DNA of 64,000 bases from contig JAHDVH010000002.1 in assembly GCA_023382385.1 (NCBI GenBank), forward strand, positions 136,219-200,218, in the 5' to 3' direction. The DNA comes from a bacterium (lineage in GTDB: Bacteria > Electryoneota > RPQS01). The position numbers and the translations under genes were made by a program. Position 1 is the stretch's first letter, and each line of letters starts with the position of its first letter. Below the pieces are notes generated by a model that saw only the letters and a program-made list of their open reading frames with translations, was not told where the DNA came from and searched no databases. Positions 1 to 9,718 of this stretch are shown piece after piece.

Positions 1-3000
1 GAAACGGAGTAAGCGGACCATGGACGCAGATTGGTGAGACGGCAGAGAGCACATTCGACTGGGTGGTGACTGAGCCGGTTACGTCGAATGCGCGATACCG
101 AGTGACGCTTGTCAACAAGCCGTGGGTGCAAGGCGCAGTGACATTCAACAGCAGCATAGTGGTTCCGCGACTGCACATCGTGTCGCCTGCGCAAGGCGAT
201 ACATTGGTTACGAATCGAGACATCACTTTGTCGTGGACTCGCGAGCATGTCAATGTGCCGGTAGATGTTTGGTTTGATCGCGGTTTGCCTGTAAGCGATA
301 TTGAGATCTTACGCGAAGGAGTTACGGGGGACTCGATTCACTGGACGGTAACACCTCCGCTTTCGGCCCACGCACGCTTCGTCCTGCGCACTTCGTCCGG
401 AATCTTTGTTGAAGAGGATGGCGACCGGATGTTTATCATCGCGGACCCGCTGCTTTCTGTGCTCACGCCGAACGGATCCGAGCAGTGGACCGTCGGTCAG
501 TCAGCCACAATCACATGGACTCGCGCTGCAGTGAACGATCCGGTTCGTGTAGAACTCAATCGGGACTACCCGAGCGGGAATTGGGAGAATCTGGCCTCGG
601 CCGTCGCGGGAAGCGAATTGATTTGGACTGTCAACGGGTCGGCATCCACTAATGCGCGGGTTAGAGTTACCTCGACTGTAGACGAAAACCTCAAAGACGC
701 ATCTGACGGACCGTTTACGATTATCATGCCGGAGATCGCTTTTACATCCGCATTTCCGGAAAGGGTTCCGATTGGATTCGCGCAGAGTTTGAGTTGGCAT
801 ACGGGTGATCTGACTGGAACCTTCAGTCTCTATCTTTCACGGAACGACGGTGCAAGTTACACAGAGACGATAGCTTCAGGCTTAAGCACAACACAGTTTA
901 GCTGGACGCCCTCAGGTTCAACGGCGGCACAGGCGAGACTGAAGATCCAAAGCGATGCCTTCCCGCAAGCGTATGCGGAGTCGCCGAGCTTCGTCCTTGC
1001 ACAGCCTGCCCTGACCGTGACTTCACCGCAGAGTGGGGAGACGTTTGCCTTGCGTGTTCCACTGACGATGCACTGGACGCGCACGGATCATCCGGCGGCA
1101 GTGAGAGTTGACCTGAACAGGAACTATCCGAGCGGCGCTTGGGAGACAATCGCAAGTTCCGTGAATGCCGATTCGTTCGTCTGGTCGGCAACTGGAGCCG
1201 CGACGGCCAACGCGCGCTTCCGTGTGACTTCACTCGTGAATGGAGCATGGAGTGACGTAGGCGACGGGAGCTTCGCACTTGCCGAAGCGAGCGTTTCGCT
1301 CGTATCACCAGAGTCGAGCACAGAGTTGGTGCTTGGTTCGCCGGTTCATATTGAATGGCAGCGCACGGCTTGGAGCGGAGCCGTGTCAGTGACTTTGAAC
1401 AGGACAGGTGGCGCGCAGACCGTCATCAGTGCGTCTGCTGTTCTTGACACTCTAACATGGACAGTTGGCGGAGCAGCCGCCGAGAATTCCTGGCTCGTGG
1501 TTCGTGCCCTTGCACAACCGGACTGGGCAGATAGTGTCATGCTATTGGGTCCCTATTCACCGAGCCTCGGCATTTCAGATCCGAGACAGAATGAGCGCTG
1601 CATTATCGGGGAAGCACACACAATACGCTGGACACGAAGCCACCTGCCGGAAGGAGTCGAGGTCTACTTGAATAGCGGCAATGGCTTCACTTTGCTGGGA
1701 GTTACAATTGCGGACAGCTTGAGTTTCACACCGCAAACTGAGGAAACTGAGGACGCACGTGTGTTGATTCGATCTGTAGCGCGTCCGGATGTCACGGATA
1801 CAAGCGGAGTATTCCGGCTTGTGGCTCCAAGGTTAACGCTGCTTGAAGGGACACCGCACGATTATCGCATCGGCATCGCCCGCGAGCTGTCGTGGCAGGC
1901 ACATGAGATAGTCGGTGAAGTCTCAGTTCAGTTATCGCGGGACGGAGACTCGGGACCTTGGGATGAGCTATACCGAGGCACAGGATCATCACTTGAGTGG
2001 ATTCCCGAGTTGCCCGAAACGGAAAGCGGGAGTATTCGAGTCATCAGTATCGAGGAGCCTCAATTCGCAGACACGCTCGATCAGATGATAACGCTCTATT
2101 GGCCGACGCTGGAGATTTCGAGGTCGCTCACAGCGGACACGCTATACACGGGTCAGACAGTTGATGTCCACGTAAGCGGCGCGCATATCTCAGAGCACAT
2201 CAGCGAAACCGTGAGCATTGCGCTGGAGCGCAATGGCATTCCGGAAGTGTTGGGCGAAGTTGTGGTGCCGGGAACACTATCAGTATTGCTGACGGCACCT
2301 CTGAGCGATCACGTGCTCTTCCGGGCCTTTGTGGACGGAGACGCCGACTTGAATGCGGCGACACCAGAGTTCGTGCTGCGAATGCCGACACTTCAGTGGG
2401 AGTCCGCGCCTGAGGGCGAGGTGTTTGCTGGAGACGAGGTATTGATCACATGGAACATCGAAGGATTACCATATGCCGTCGAACTCCTGCGGTATGATGT
2501 CAATGGAGAAACGGTTATTGTGCAGAACCTGACGAATGATAACTTCACGTGGACGGTGGAGGGACCAAGAGGTGAGACACAATTGATTGTCCGAGTCCCC
2601 GACGACCCGCAATGGGCGGACACGACTTCGCCTTTTACGGTGCGAGTTCCGGAACTTCTGTGGGCAACTCCAGTCGAAAGCGGCACGGATACGTCTGGTC
2701 AGAGTCTGCTTCTAAGCTGGAGTGCTTTGGACGGAGCGTCACCTGTGCAACTTGAAGCGGCATTTGACGGTGTTTGGGAAACGCTTGAAGCAACGCAGCA
2801 GGATACGAGTTATCTGTACGAACTTCCCTATCGCTCAGCTGAAACTCTACAGTTCCGAGTAACTTCACTTGTGCATTCAGGAGTCGCCGCGCTGTCACCA
2901 ATAAGGACACTCGTCGCACGTTCACTGGTTATTAATGCAGGCGGCGATGAAGTGTGGTACGTCGGAGAACAAAGGTGGATTCGCTGGTCACGCGAGCATG

Positions 3001-3782
3001 CGGAGGGTGAGGTTGAACTTGATGTAAGTTACGGAGATCGAGCAGAAGGCAGTTGGGTGGAACTTGCGACGAGTCAGTCGGACTCATTCCTCTGGACAGT
3101 TGAAGGTCCGGCAACTGAGTTTGCCGCGCTGAGAGTAAGGCTGGCAGGCGAGATTTCCGTTTTCGACACGACGGATGCTCCAATATCGATCAGATTGCCG
3201 AGCATCACAGTGATCGAACCAAACAATGGCGGCAGCTACGACATCGATCAGCAACTTCGTATTCGCTGGTCGAGCGAAGGCATTCCCGCGGGCGTGCACA
3301 TCGGCTTGTGGCGTGGCGCGCCTGTGAATGCGCTCGATACGCTTTTCCTCGCAGTGGAAAACGACGGAGAGCAGAACTGGCAGATAACAGGCCCTGAGGC
3401 GGACAGCTGCTATATTATCATCGTCTCCGAAACGGATACAAGCATTCACGACATCAGCGACGCACCGTTCCGCATCACGGGTGGCGTTAGCGCAAATCCA
3501 CGCAACGGCGAGCTGCCTACGGTGATCGCACTGGGTCAACCATACCCGAATCCGTTCAACGCGACGTTAACAGTACCTTTCGACTTGCCGCAACCAGCGC
3601 ATGTCACGATTACCGTGTTCGATGTGTTGGGACGTGAAGTCACACAACTCGTGAATGAGCTTAGGCCTGCTGGCAACTTGCGCGCGCAGTGGCAGGCGAT
3701 GCATGCGAGCAGCGGGATGTATTTTGTCCGCATGCAGGCTGCTGAATTCACAGATGTGAAGCGAGTCCAGCTAATAAAGTAA
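1..3782 (+). CDS. 5'-partial large secreted repeat protein (~10 tandem ~100-aa beta-sandwich-like modules) with a T9SS C-terminal sorting domain
   Basis: The reading frame is open from the window start to a stop at 3782. The recurring module is '..W(T/Q)R..V..PV.V.LNR.YPSG.WE.(L/I)AS.V.....W.V.G.A..NAR.RVTS'. The C-terminus 'PYPNPFNATLTVPFDL..VTITVFDVLGREV..GMYFVRMQA..KRVQLIK' is a typical Por-secretion CTD. Confidence 0.8.
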   Translation, partial: NGVSGPWTQIGETAESTFDWVVTEPVTSNARYRVTLVNKPWVQGAVTFNSSIVVPRLHIVSPAQGDTLVTNRDITLSWTREHVNVPVDVWFDRGLPVSDIEILREGVTGDSIHWTVTPPLSAHARFVLRTSSGIFVEEDGDRMFIIADPLLSVLTPNGSEQWTVGQSATITWTRAAVNDPVRVELNRDYPSGNWENLASAVAGSELIWTVNGSASTNARVRVTSTVDENLKDASDGPFTIIMPEIAFTSAFPERVPIGFAQSLSWHTGDLTGTFSLYLSRNDGASYTETIASGLSTTQFSWTPSGSTAAQARLKIQSDAFPQAYAESPSFVLAQPALTVTSPQSGETFALRVPLTMHWTRTDHPAAVRVDLNRNYPSGAWETIASSVNADSFVWSATGAATANARFRVTSLVNGAWSDVGDGSFALAEASVSLVSPESSTELVLGSPVHIEWQRTAWSGAVSVTLNRTGGAQTVISASAVLDTLTWTVGGAAAENSWLVVRALAQPDWADSVMLLGPYSPSLGISDPRQNERCIIGEAHTIRWTRSHLPEGVEVYLNSGNGFTLLGVTIADSLSFTPQTEETEDARVLIRSVARPDVTDTSGVFRLVAPRLTLLEGTPHDYRIGIARELSWQAHEIVGEVSVQLSRDGDSGPWDELYRGTGSSLEWIPELPETESGSIRVISIEEPQFADTLDQMITLYWPTLEISRSLTADTLYTGQTVDVHVSGAHISEHISETVSIALERNGIPEVLGEVVVPGTLSVLLTAPLSDHVLFRAFVDGDADLNAATPEFVLRMPTLQWESAPEGEVFAGDEVLITWNIEGLPYAVELLRYDVNGETVIVQNLTNDNFTWTVEGPRGETQLIVRVPDDPQWADTTSPFTVRVPELLWATPVESGTDTSGQSLLLSWSALDGASPVQLEAAFDGVWETLEATQQDTSYLYELPYRSAETLQFRVTSLVHSGVAALSPIRTLVARSLVINAGGDEVWYVGEQRWIRWSREHAEGEVELDVSYGDRAEGSWVELATSQSDSFLWTVEGPATEFAALRVRLAGEISVFDTTDAPISIRLPSITVIEPNNGGSYDIDQQLRIRWSSEGIPAGVHIGLWRGAPVNALDTLFLAVENDGEQNWQITGPEADSCYIIIVSETDTSIHDISDAPFRITGGVSANPRNGELPTVIALGQPYPNPFNATLTVPFDLPQPAHVTITVFDVLGREVTQLVNELRPAGNLRAQWQAMHASSGMYFVRMQAAEFTDVKRVQLIK

Positions 3783-3931
3783 AGTGCCCGGGCCGCTCCT
3801 TTGCCCAGGAGTGGCCCACTTGCCCAGGTGCGTCGGATGCCCTCCCGACGCACCGCCCTTATCAAGAGAGCGGTTCACTCATGTGAACCGCTCTCTCCGT
3901 GCTAATGAGCAGATAACATATTATTGCGGCT

Positions 3932-3963
3932 AAAAAAAGGCGACTCAGAAGAGTCGCCTTTTC
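3932..3963. terminator. bidirectional rho-independent terminator between convergent genes
   Basis: A-tract, 9-bp stem aggcgactc/gagtcgcct with loop agaa, then a T-tract. Confidence 0.7.
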
Positions 3964-3981
3964 TCGAAGAACTTCAAAAGA

Positions 3982-4440
3982 TTAGTTCACGGGCGGAGTG
4001 ACATTAACGTAGGTCACTTGCGTCGCAGGCCCGCTTCCAAAGTCATGGAAGAGATGCAAGGAATCATCTGACGCGTAGAGTTGCGACTCCCATGTGAAGG
4101 TGGTGTCGGCGGCAACTCCGTCGATGTGGTCTACCATGAAGGTAATATCGCCGGCTGAGTTTGCGGAGTAGTCACCTTCCCAAAGCACGTTGGCATCAAG
4201 CAGCGTGAACCACTCTTGGTAGGTAAATGTTCCGGACGAGGTGAAGCGCACTTTGACGCTGTCTGAACCAAGCTGCGGGCCGGCGTCCGTCGCCTGCCAG
4301 AAGCCCACGAGTCGCTCGCTGTAGGTCGGGGTAGGCGGGTTATTGTTGTCTTCATCGTCGTCATTCGAACATCCGACGGCAACGGCGATAACAACGGACA
4401 GACCCAGCGTAAGCAGGATGCGGCTAAGTTTCTTATTCAT
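3982..4440 (-). CDS. hypothetical lipoprotein
   Basis: Signal peptide plus lipobox 'AVAVGCSNDDDED'; no recognisable catalytic motifs. Confidence 0.6.
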   Translation of the reverse strand: MNKKLSRILLTLGLSVVIAVAVGCSNDDDEDNNNPPTPTYSERLVGFWQATDAGPQLGSDSVKVRFTSSGTFTYQEWFTLLDANVLWEGDYSANSAGDITFMVDHIDGVAADTTFTWESQLYASDDSLHLFHDFGSGPATQVTYVNVTPPVN

Positions 4441-4483
4441 ATATGTTGTCTCCTTATTGACGTGTTAAAACAAGGCAATCAGC

Positions 4484-5107
4484 CTACATCTTGGCGAGTT
4501 CTTCAGCGGCCTTCTTCGCGGCGGCCGTATTCTTGTACTCTGCCTTGGCCACAAACTCTTGCAAGGCTTTCTTCTTGAGGGCAGGATTCTTGAGATTCAT
4601 GATGCGCTTGAATTCGCTTTCGGCGGCAGTCTCGGCCATCCCAGCGGTCTCGCCCTTCGCCTTTTCGACCTGCTTCTTGGTGTCACTGATCTTCTTACCC
4701 ATTGAATCAGCGGCCATGGCAAGCGAATCATTGAGCATTTCCTGCTGCTTCAATTTTGCCTGCAGAGCCGCAGGAGACTCAGGATAGCGTGCAATCACTT
4801 CGTCATACTTGCCTTCGGCAAGAAGTGCTTCGGCCAACTTGTTCTTGGCTTCGCGTGCCAAGCGGTGGTCGGGGTACATTTCGATGATCGAATTGTACTT
4901 GCCTTCATTAAACATCTTCTCCAGCAGCTTGTCGGTCGCCTGTTGAACAATGGCCGCAAGTTCGGGCTTGTCTTTAAACTTGGCGATCAATTGTTCGTAC
5001 TGACCGGCATCCATCATTGACTGAGCTTCCTTCATCGGCGACGAGCATCCAACCAAGAATGCCATCACGGCGCCGGCCAGAAGCAGGGTAATCCATCCAC
5101 GCTTCAT
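4484..5107 (-). CDS. TPR-like repeat lipoprotein
   Basis: Probable start at the internal 'MKRGWITLLLAGAVMAFLVGCSSP' (lipobox). The rest is alpha-helical and Ala/Lys/Glu-rich with TPR-like 'GKY(D/N)..I..YP' repeats. Confidence 0.6.
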   Translation of the reverse strand: MKRGWITLLLAGAVMAFLVGCSSPMKEAQSMMDAGQYEQLIAKFKDKPELAAIVQQATDKLLEKMFNEGKYNSIIEMYPDHRLAREAKNKLAEALLAEGKYDEVIARYPESPAALQAKLKQQEMLNDSLAMAADSMGKKISDTKKQVEKAKGETAGMAETAAESEFKRIMNLKNPALKKKALQEFVAKAEYKNTAAAKKAAEELAKM

Positions 5108-5220
5108 ATTCACCTCCGGGTGTTTGTATATAATAAACAAATGTTTAGGGTTAGCTATTGGCGTGGGCTATTCCCACCTGCTAACAATTTATAGCATTTT
5201 CTCACTAAAGTCAAGCCTTA

Positions 5221-5904
5221 TCAAAGGGTTGAGTCCTCATGAATCGTGCCATCCTGCACTCTTAACACTCTCTGCATTGAGCGTGCGAGTTCCAAATTGT
5301 GTGTGGCAACGATCAACGTTGTACTGAGATCACGCGTTAAGGACAACAGAAGCTCTTGAACAGCATGTGCCGCTTCGCCATCGAGATTGCCAGTCGGCTC
5401 ATCCGCAATGACTAACGCAGGTGAGTTGATGAGCGCGCGTGCGACAGCCACACGCTGGCATTCGCCGCCTGACAGCTCGCCGGGCCGATGATGCAGGCGA
5501 TGGCCAAGTCCGACGAGAGTCAGAAGCTCTGTGGCGCGTGCCGAAGCACTATCGGCCGACTGACCGGCGAGTTGTGCAGGCATCAGCACATTTTCGAGCG
5601 CAGTGAACTCGGGCAACAGATGATGAGCCTGAAAAACGAAACCGACCTTGCGGCTTCGCAGTCCGGCGAGGCCATCGCTTGAAAGTTCAGAGAATGCCTG
5701 ACCGTCCAGAGAAATTTCACCGGAAGTCGCACGATCGAGCGCACCGAGCAGATGGAGCAGCGTGCTCTTCCCCACTCCGCTGGGTCCGACCACGGCAATT
5801 TGTTCGCCGCGCTCGATTGACAGAGTCACGTCGTGCAATACCGGAACGATGACGGCACCGAGAGAATACGATTTAGAGAGACGTTGTGTGGACAGCAAAC
5901 TCAT
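5221..5904 (-). CDS. ABC transporter ATP-binding protein, LolD/MacB/FtsE family
   Basis: Walker A 'GPSGVGKST', ABC signature 'LSGGECQRVAVARAL', Walker B 'LVIADEPTGNLD'. Confidence 0.85.
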   Translation of the reverse strand: MSLLSTQRLSKSYSLGAVIVPVLHDVTLSIERGEQIAVVGPSGVGKSTLLHLLGALDRATSGEISLDGQAFSELSSDGLAGLRSRKVGFVFQAHHLLPEFTALENVLMPAQLAGQSADSASARATELLTLVGLGHRLHHRPGELSGGECQRVAVARALINSPALVIADEPTGNLDGEAAHAVQELLLSLTRDLSTTLIVATHNLELARSMQRVLRVQDGTIHEDSTL

Positions 5905-6521
5905 GCGGACTTTCTCGCCACTCCGGCGTAGATGTACCCTTCGCTGCGCGGTATTCCTTGGGCAAAGAAGTTTTCGAGATGAACGATTTCGAGTCCTGAA
6001 CTCTTGATGTATCCAGCGATCTGCCGATCAATCGTGCAGCCGTCGAAGAGATATCTTGTAACACGACTGATCCGGCGTTGCCACTTCTGTAATTCCGGAT
6101 CGGGCGAGAGTCCGTGTTCGAAGAACACAAACTCTCCACCGGGTTTCAAGACTCGCACGACTTCCGAAAGAGCGCGGTCAATCTGTCGAATACTGCACAA
6201 CGTCCAAGTCGAAACAACGCAGTCGAACTCTTGGTCATCGAACGACAGCGATTCGGCCCTCATGTCAAGAAGTGTGACCGGAAGTACCGACTCGTGAATG
6301 GCCTTGACGGCTATTCTGCGCAACCCGGGATTGGGTTCAATTCCAACGACGGATTTCACGTCGCTCGAGTAGTGCGGCAGATTCAACCCCGAACCGAAGC
6401 CGATTTCAAGAACACTTCCATGCGCACGTTCCACCGACTTTGCTCGATAGCGCTCGTGCCGATTGGCACGCATGGCCCGATGGCAGAGGCGGGGCCATAG
6501 GGAGTCGCGCCAAAACCCCAT
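5901..6521 (-). CDS. class I SAM-dependent methyltransferase
   Basis: Motif I 'VLEIGFGSGLN' and 'VLKPGGEFVFFEH'. The start is taken at the internal Met so the gene abuts the upstream gene and overlaps the LolD-like stop by 4 bp. Confidence 0.7.
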   Translation of the reverse strand: MGFWRDSLWPRLCHRAMRANRHERYRAKSVERAHGSVLEIGFGSGLNLPHYSSDVKSVVGIEPNPGLRRIAVKAIHESVLPVTLLDMRAESLSFDDQEFDCVVSTWTLCSIRQIDRALSEVVRVLKPGGEFVFFEHGLSPDPELQKWQRRISRVTRYLFDGCTIDRQIAGYIKSSGLEIVHLENFFAQGIPRSEGYIYAGVARKSA

Positions 6522-6523
6522 AA

Positions 6524-6940
6524 CTACTCGAATTTGATTTCGATTGCTTTCGGTTCCGTCCCGATCTCGAACATCATGTCTTCCCACTTCGGCGGACCGA
6601 AGGTCTGTGCCTTTGCGCCGTTGGAGGCTGCACCCTTTTCTCGCGGCGGACCGTACCAATGGCGATCCATCTTCATGTTGGAGTTCTTATCGTGGTAAAC
6701 CGTCACGGCATACTGCCCCGGCGCCAGGTTTTCCGCAGTCCACGTTGCGCCGCCATTCACGATCGGAACACTGTAACGGCCGAGAGGTTTCTTATCTTTC
6801 CAAGCGTCGGCACCGGGCCACACGGAAACCACGAATTGCCCTTTATCCGACTCCAGTCCGGAAATGTTGACGGTGAGTGTCGCTCCGTCTTGTGCGTACA
6901 GGCTCGTCACCAGAATCAAGCACAGCATTCCTATTCGCAT
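6524..6940 (-). CDS. DUF2141-family secreted protein
   Basis: Signal peptide; 'GQYAVTVYHDKNSNMKMD...GPPKWEDM' matches the DUF2141 pattern. Confidence 0.65.
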   Translation of the reverse strand: MRIGMLCLILVTSLYAQDGATLTVNISGLESDKGQFVVSVWPGADAWKDKKPLGRYSVPIVNGGATWTAENLAPGQYAVTVYHDKNSNMKMDRHWYGPPREKGAASNGAKAQTFGPPKWEDMMFEIGTEPKAIEIKFE

Positions 6941-6943
6941 GCT

Positions 6944-7471
6944 TTATCCTTTCAAGAGATGGTTTACTTTGTTTTGAAAGCGGGTTCGAATGTCCTCGAC
7001 GCGTTTTCGGTTGACTCCAAGATCACCTCTCCCCAAACGGGAGGCAGAGCGAATCTCTATGCGCCCCGAAGTGTCATCGAGCCAGAATTCCGTGTCATCG
7101 CGAAATCCCCAGACCAACGAACGAAACTCCACATGCACATAGTCAACACGACTGACGAGCACATTAGCACGGGGAAGCTCGTTGATACACTCGAGGAGAA
7201 TCTGATAGGCGACTCTGCGGTCCATACCGATGAAGGCAATCGGTTCAATCTTGTGCAAGTCATCAGTTGCCTGGGATGACACACAGTTCGGAGTATCCGG
7301 GCATGGCTGCAGTCGGCCGTAAAAGACACCGAGTTTGGGCGGCATCGGACTCATGGCCTTGATCGACAGCCGCACGCCGATGAACAGGACAATCACAAGG
7401 ACGGTAAAAAGGAGCGAGATGGTCAGTCCTTGCTTGGTAAGCTTCATAAGTTGACTTGGTTCAAATTGCAA
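6944..7471 (-). CDS. DUF1499-family membrane protein
   Basis: N-terminal TM helix; 'CPDTPNCVSSQ' is the hallmark DUF1499 motif. Confidence 0.65.
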   Translation of the reverse strand: MQFEPSQLMKLTKQGLTISLLFTVLVIVLFIGVRLSIKAMSPMPPKLGVFYGRLQPCPDTPNCVSSQATDDLHKIEPIAFIGMDRRVAYQILLECINELPRANVLVSRVDYVHVEFRSLVWGFRDDTEFWLDDTSGRIEIRSASRLGRGDLGVNRKRVEDIRTRFQNKVNHLLKG

Positions 7472-7561
7472 TCCAAGGCAAATCTATGATTTTCGGAAGC
7501 ATCCCCTGCGAACGTTGTTTGGAGAGATAAGAGCAATTTGACAACCTCTCTTACTGTCCCA

Positions 7562-7879
7562 CTACGCGCTTGGCTCCCGAATCATGGTCAGAAGCATTTT
7601 CAGCGGTGTTAGGGCTTTGACCGCATGCGGGATGTTTGCAGGCATTACTACGAATTCACCCGCAGAGGCCCGAACAGGCATGCCGCCGATCAACAGTTCG
7701 ACCTCTCCGTCCAAAACATGGACCATTGCATCAAAAGGTGCAGAGTGCTCAGAAAGTTCTTGACCCTTGTCAAAAGCGAATAGGGTGATTGTGCCTGTGG
7801 TTTTTTTGACCAAAGTCCGGCTGACAACAGCCTCTGTGTTGACCTGAATGGAATTTGCAAGACTCACTTTCTCTGTCAT
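7562..7879 (-). CDS. cupin-domain protein
   Basis: 'HSAPFDAMVHVLDGEVELLIGG...FVVMPANIPHAV' is a cupin_2 two-motif signature. Start chosen at the internal MTEKVSL. Confidence 0.65.
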   Translation of the reverse strand: MTEKVSLANSIQVNTEAVVSRTLVKKTTGTITLFAFDKGQELSEHSAPFDAMVHVLDGEVELLIGGMPVRASAGEFVVMPANIPHAVKALTPLKMLLTMIREPSA

Positions 7880-8022
7880 AGTAGCGCCTTCTGATGCCGA
7901 AAACGGTGTGTTTTGCCTAAAGATAACAACTTGCTGACTGTGGAGCAAGCGGCTCTGACCCCGAAGGGGCAAATGGTACCAAAGTTGCGAAAAATCTACG
8001 GAAACAACCCCGAGGTGCTGAA

Positions 8023-8370
8023 ATGAACCGCTCAGGATGGCAATTACTGCTTTTCACACTCATTGCTGTGGCAGGGACGATGTTGACAACCACCTTTCAC
8101 CAGACGGCACAACAGGCTCAAACGAAGAGCAAGAGTCGAGCTCACAGCGAGGCCGAGAGCGGCATGGGAATCTACGATGCTCAAACAGCATCGTTGACGC
8201 CAGCAGTCCAGCGGGCGTTGAACGTAAGCCTTGAAACCCAGCGACGGTCAATTCATTCGCGTTACCTGATCGACGGCCTGACCAAGCAAGATGACGCGGA
8301 TTTGGCCTGCGAGGTGGCTGAAGGGCGTGCGCAGGTTGCAGTCAGCGATCGTGTGCAGGACCACAGATAG
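8023..8370 (+). CDS. hypothetical small secreted/membrane protein
   Basis: Intergenic ORF with an N-terminal hydrophobic segment; no recognisable motifs. Confidence 0.35.
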   Translation: MNRSGWQLLLFTLIAVAGTMLTTTFHQTAQQAQTKSKSRAHSEAESGMGIYDAQTASLTPAVQRALNVSLETQRRSIHSRYLIDGLTKQDDADLACEVAEGRAQVAVSDRVQDHR

Positions 8371-8475
8371 CTGATTAGCATAATCACACTTGAGACGGGT
8401 AGCCTAATCGGCTGCCTGTTGCTTCGTTCAGACTTTCACTATCAACGGAAGGGAACTGTTTCCAAAGACGGGAAC

Positions 8476-9522
8476 TTACGTACCCAATAGTTTTGCCAAT
8501 TCAGCAATGGCTCTTCCTTCCCAAACCGCAGCCTGTTCCACTTGCCTCGCAGCCTGTTCTCGACGGCCCATGTCTCTCCAATGATGAACATGCGCGTCAG
8601 GTCCCCTCAGTGCTTTTCCAGACTCTTCTCTTTCGTAGACGCGGCCAAGGTGCTTTTGGAAGTCGCGCCAAGCAATAGCTGACTGACCGTAGTTGGAACT
8701 TGCCTTCGCCAGGACTTGCCGTGGTTTTCCGCCAAATCGAGGCGCGACGCGGTCCAGAAACTGTTGCATATGAAATCGCCCGGTAGACTGATAGTGCAGC
8801 AACGGACCCATCCAGGACGGCGCACCGGATTTGGTGAAGTCCACCTCGCGATTGCGAAGGTCTTCGGCGAAGGCGTGGTATGCCGTAAGACCTACCTCGA
8901 CGTCATGAATAGACTCATGCCTCCAATTCGCGATTGCGCGGCGAACGATTTGCGGCAGTAGCTCCAACCAGTCCGGAGTCGTGGATTCCACGTAGTTCAC
9001 ACGCAACAGACTGTTGCTTTCATCGAGGTCGAGCTTCCATTCATGGCGGTCGCAGTCTTCACGAGTCAGCTCTTGATCGGGCAGCCGGTGTTGGAGCCGC
9101 AGAATGCTGTATGTCGGTTCAAACTTGGTTCTGACGGTACCGAATAGCAAAAGTGGATGACGAAAGCGCGCGAGACATATCGCTCCTGTCTCCAGCCAGT
9201 CACCTGCAATCTCGAATGCCTTAATCGCGGAAGATGGGGTCACTTCCGTCCATGTGATTCCAAGCGCACGTGACAAGGCCTGCAAAGGCTGGATGACGGA
9301 AGTTTCAGCAGCCCGAGCTGCCTCTCGATGATAAACAAACTGCAATGCCTGACCGCTCAGAACCTCCGTATCCCCCCAAGACAGCCTCACTCCATGCTGC
9401 TCAAGCAACACCCAGAGTCCAAACACGTACCCCGGCTCGTCTTCACCACAGAGTTGCCTAAGAACCTGTATCTGACCCGGGTAATTCTTGACGTAACTTA
9501 TAGATTTTGTGCGGCTTGGCAT
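8476..9522 (-). CDS. hypothetical protein, possibly BtrH_N/DUF4872-like
   Basis: The long ORF 8476..9858 is trimmed to the internal Met so it does not overlap the divergent subtilase start. Size (~349 aa) and pattern are loosely reminiscent of the BtrH_N + DUF4872 family; this assignment is weak. Confidence 0.4.
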   Translation of the reverse strand: MPSRTKSISYVKNYPGQIQVLRQLCGEDEPGYVFGLWVLLEQHGVRLSWGDTEVLSGQALQFVYHREAARAAETSVIQPLQALSRALGITWTEVTPSSAIKAFEIAGDWLETGAICLARFRHPLLLFGTVRTKFEPTYSILRLQHRLPDQELTREDCDRHEWKLDLDESNSLLRVNYVESTTPDWLELLPQIVRRAIANWRHESIHDVEVGLTAYHAFAEDLRNREVDFTKSGAPSWMGPLLHYQSTGRFHMQQFLDRVAPRFGGKPRQVLAKASSNYGQSAIAWRDFQKHLGRVYEREESGKALRGPDAHVHHWRDMGRREQAARQVEQAAVWEGRAIAELAKLLGT

Positions 9523-9718
9523 AACTACACGATACGAAACCTGTGATTGAGACTCAAGTAGGCTAAGATTTGCACGGGGAGGCACAAGCTCGAGAAGCCC
9601 GTGAGGATATCGCAAATGAATGAGAATAATATGGCTGGCCTGCTTGCCCTCCGGCGAGATCGTTTGTAAATTGTAGGTTACGGTGTCGAAAAAAACCTCT
9701 TGACTGGAGTACTTGGAA

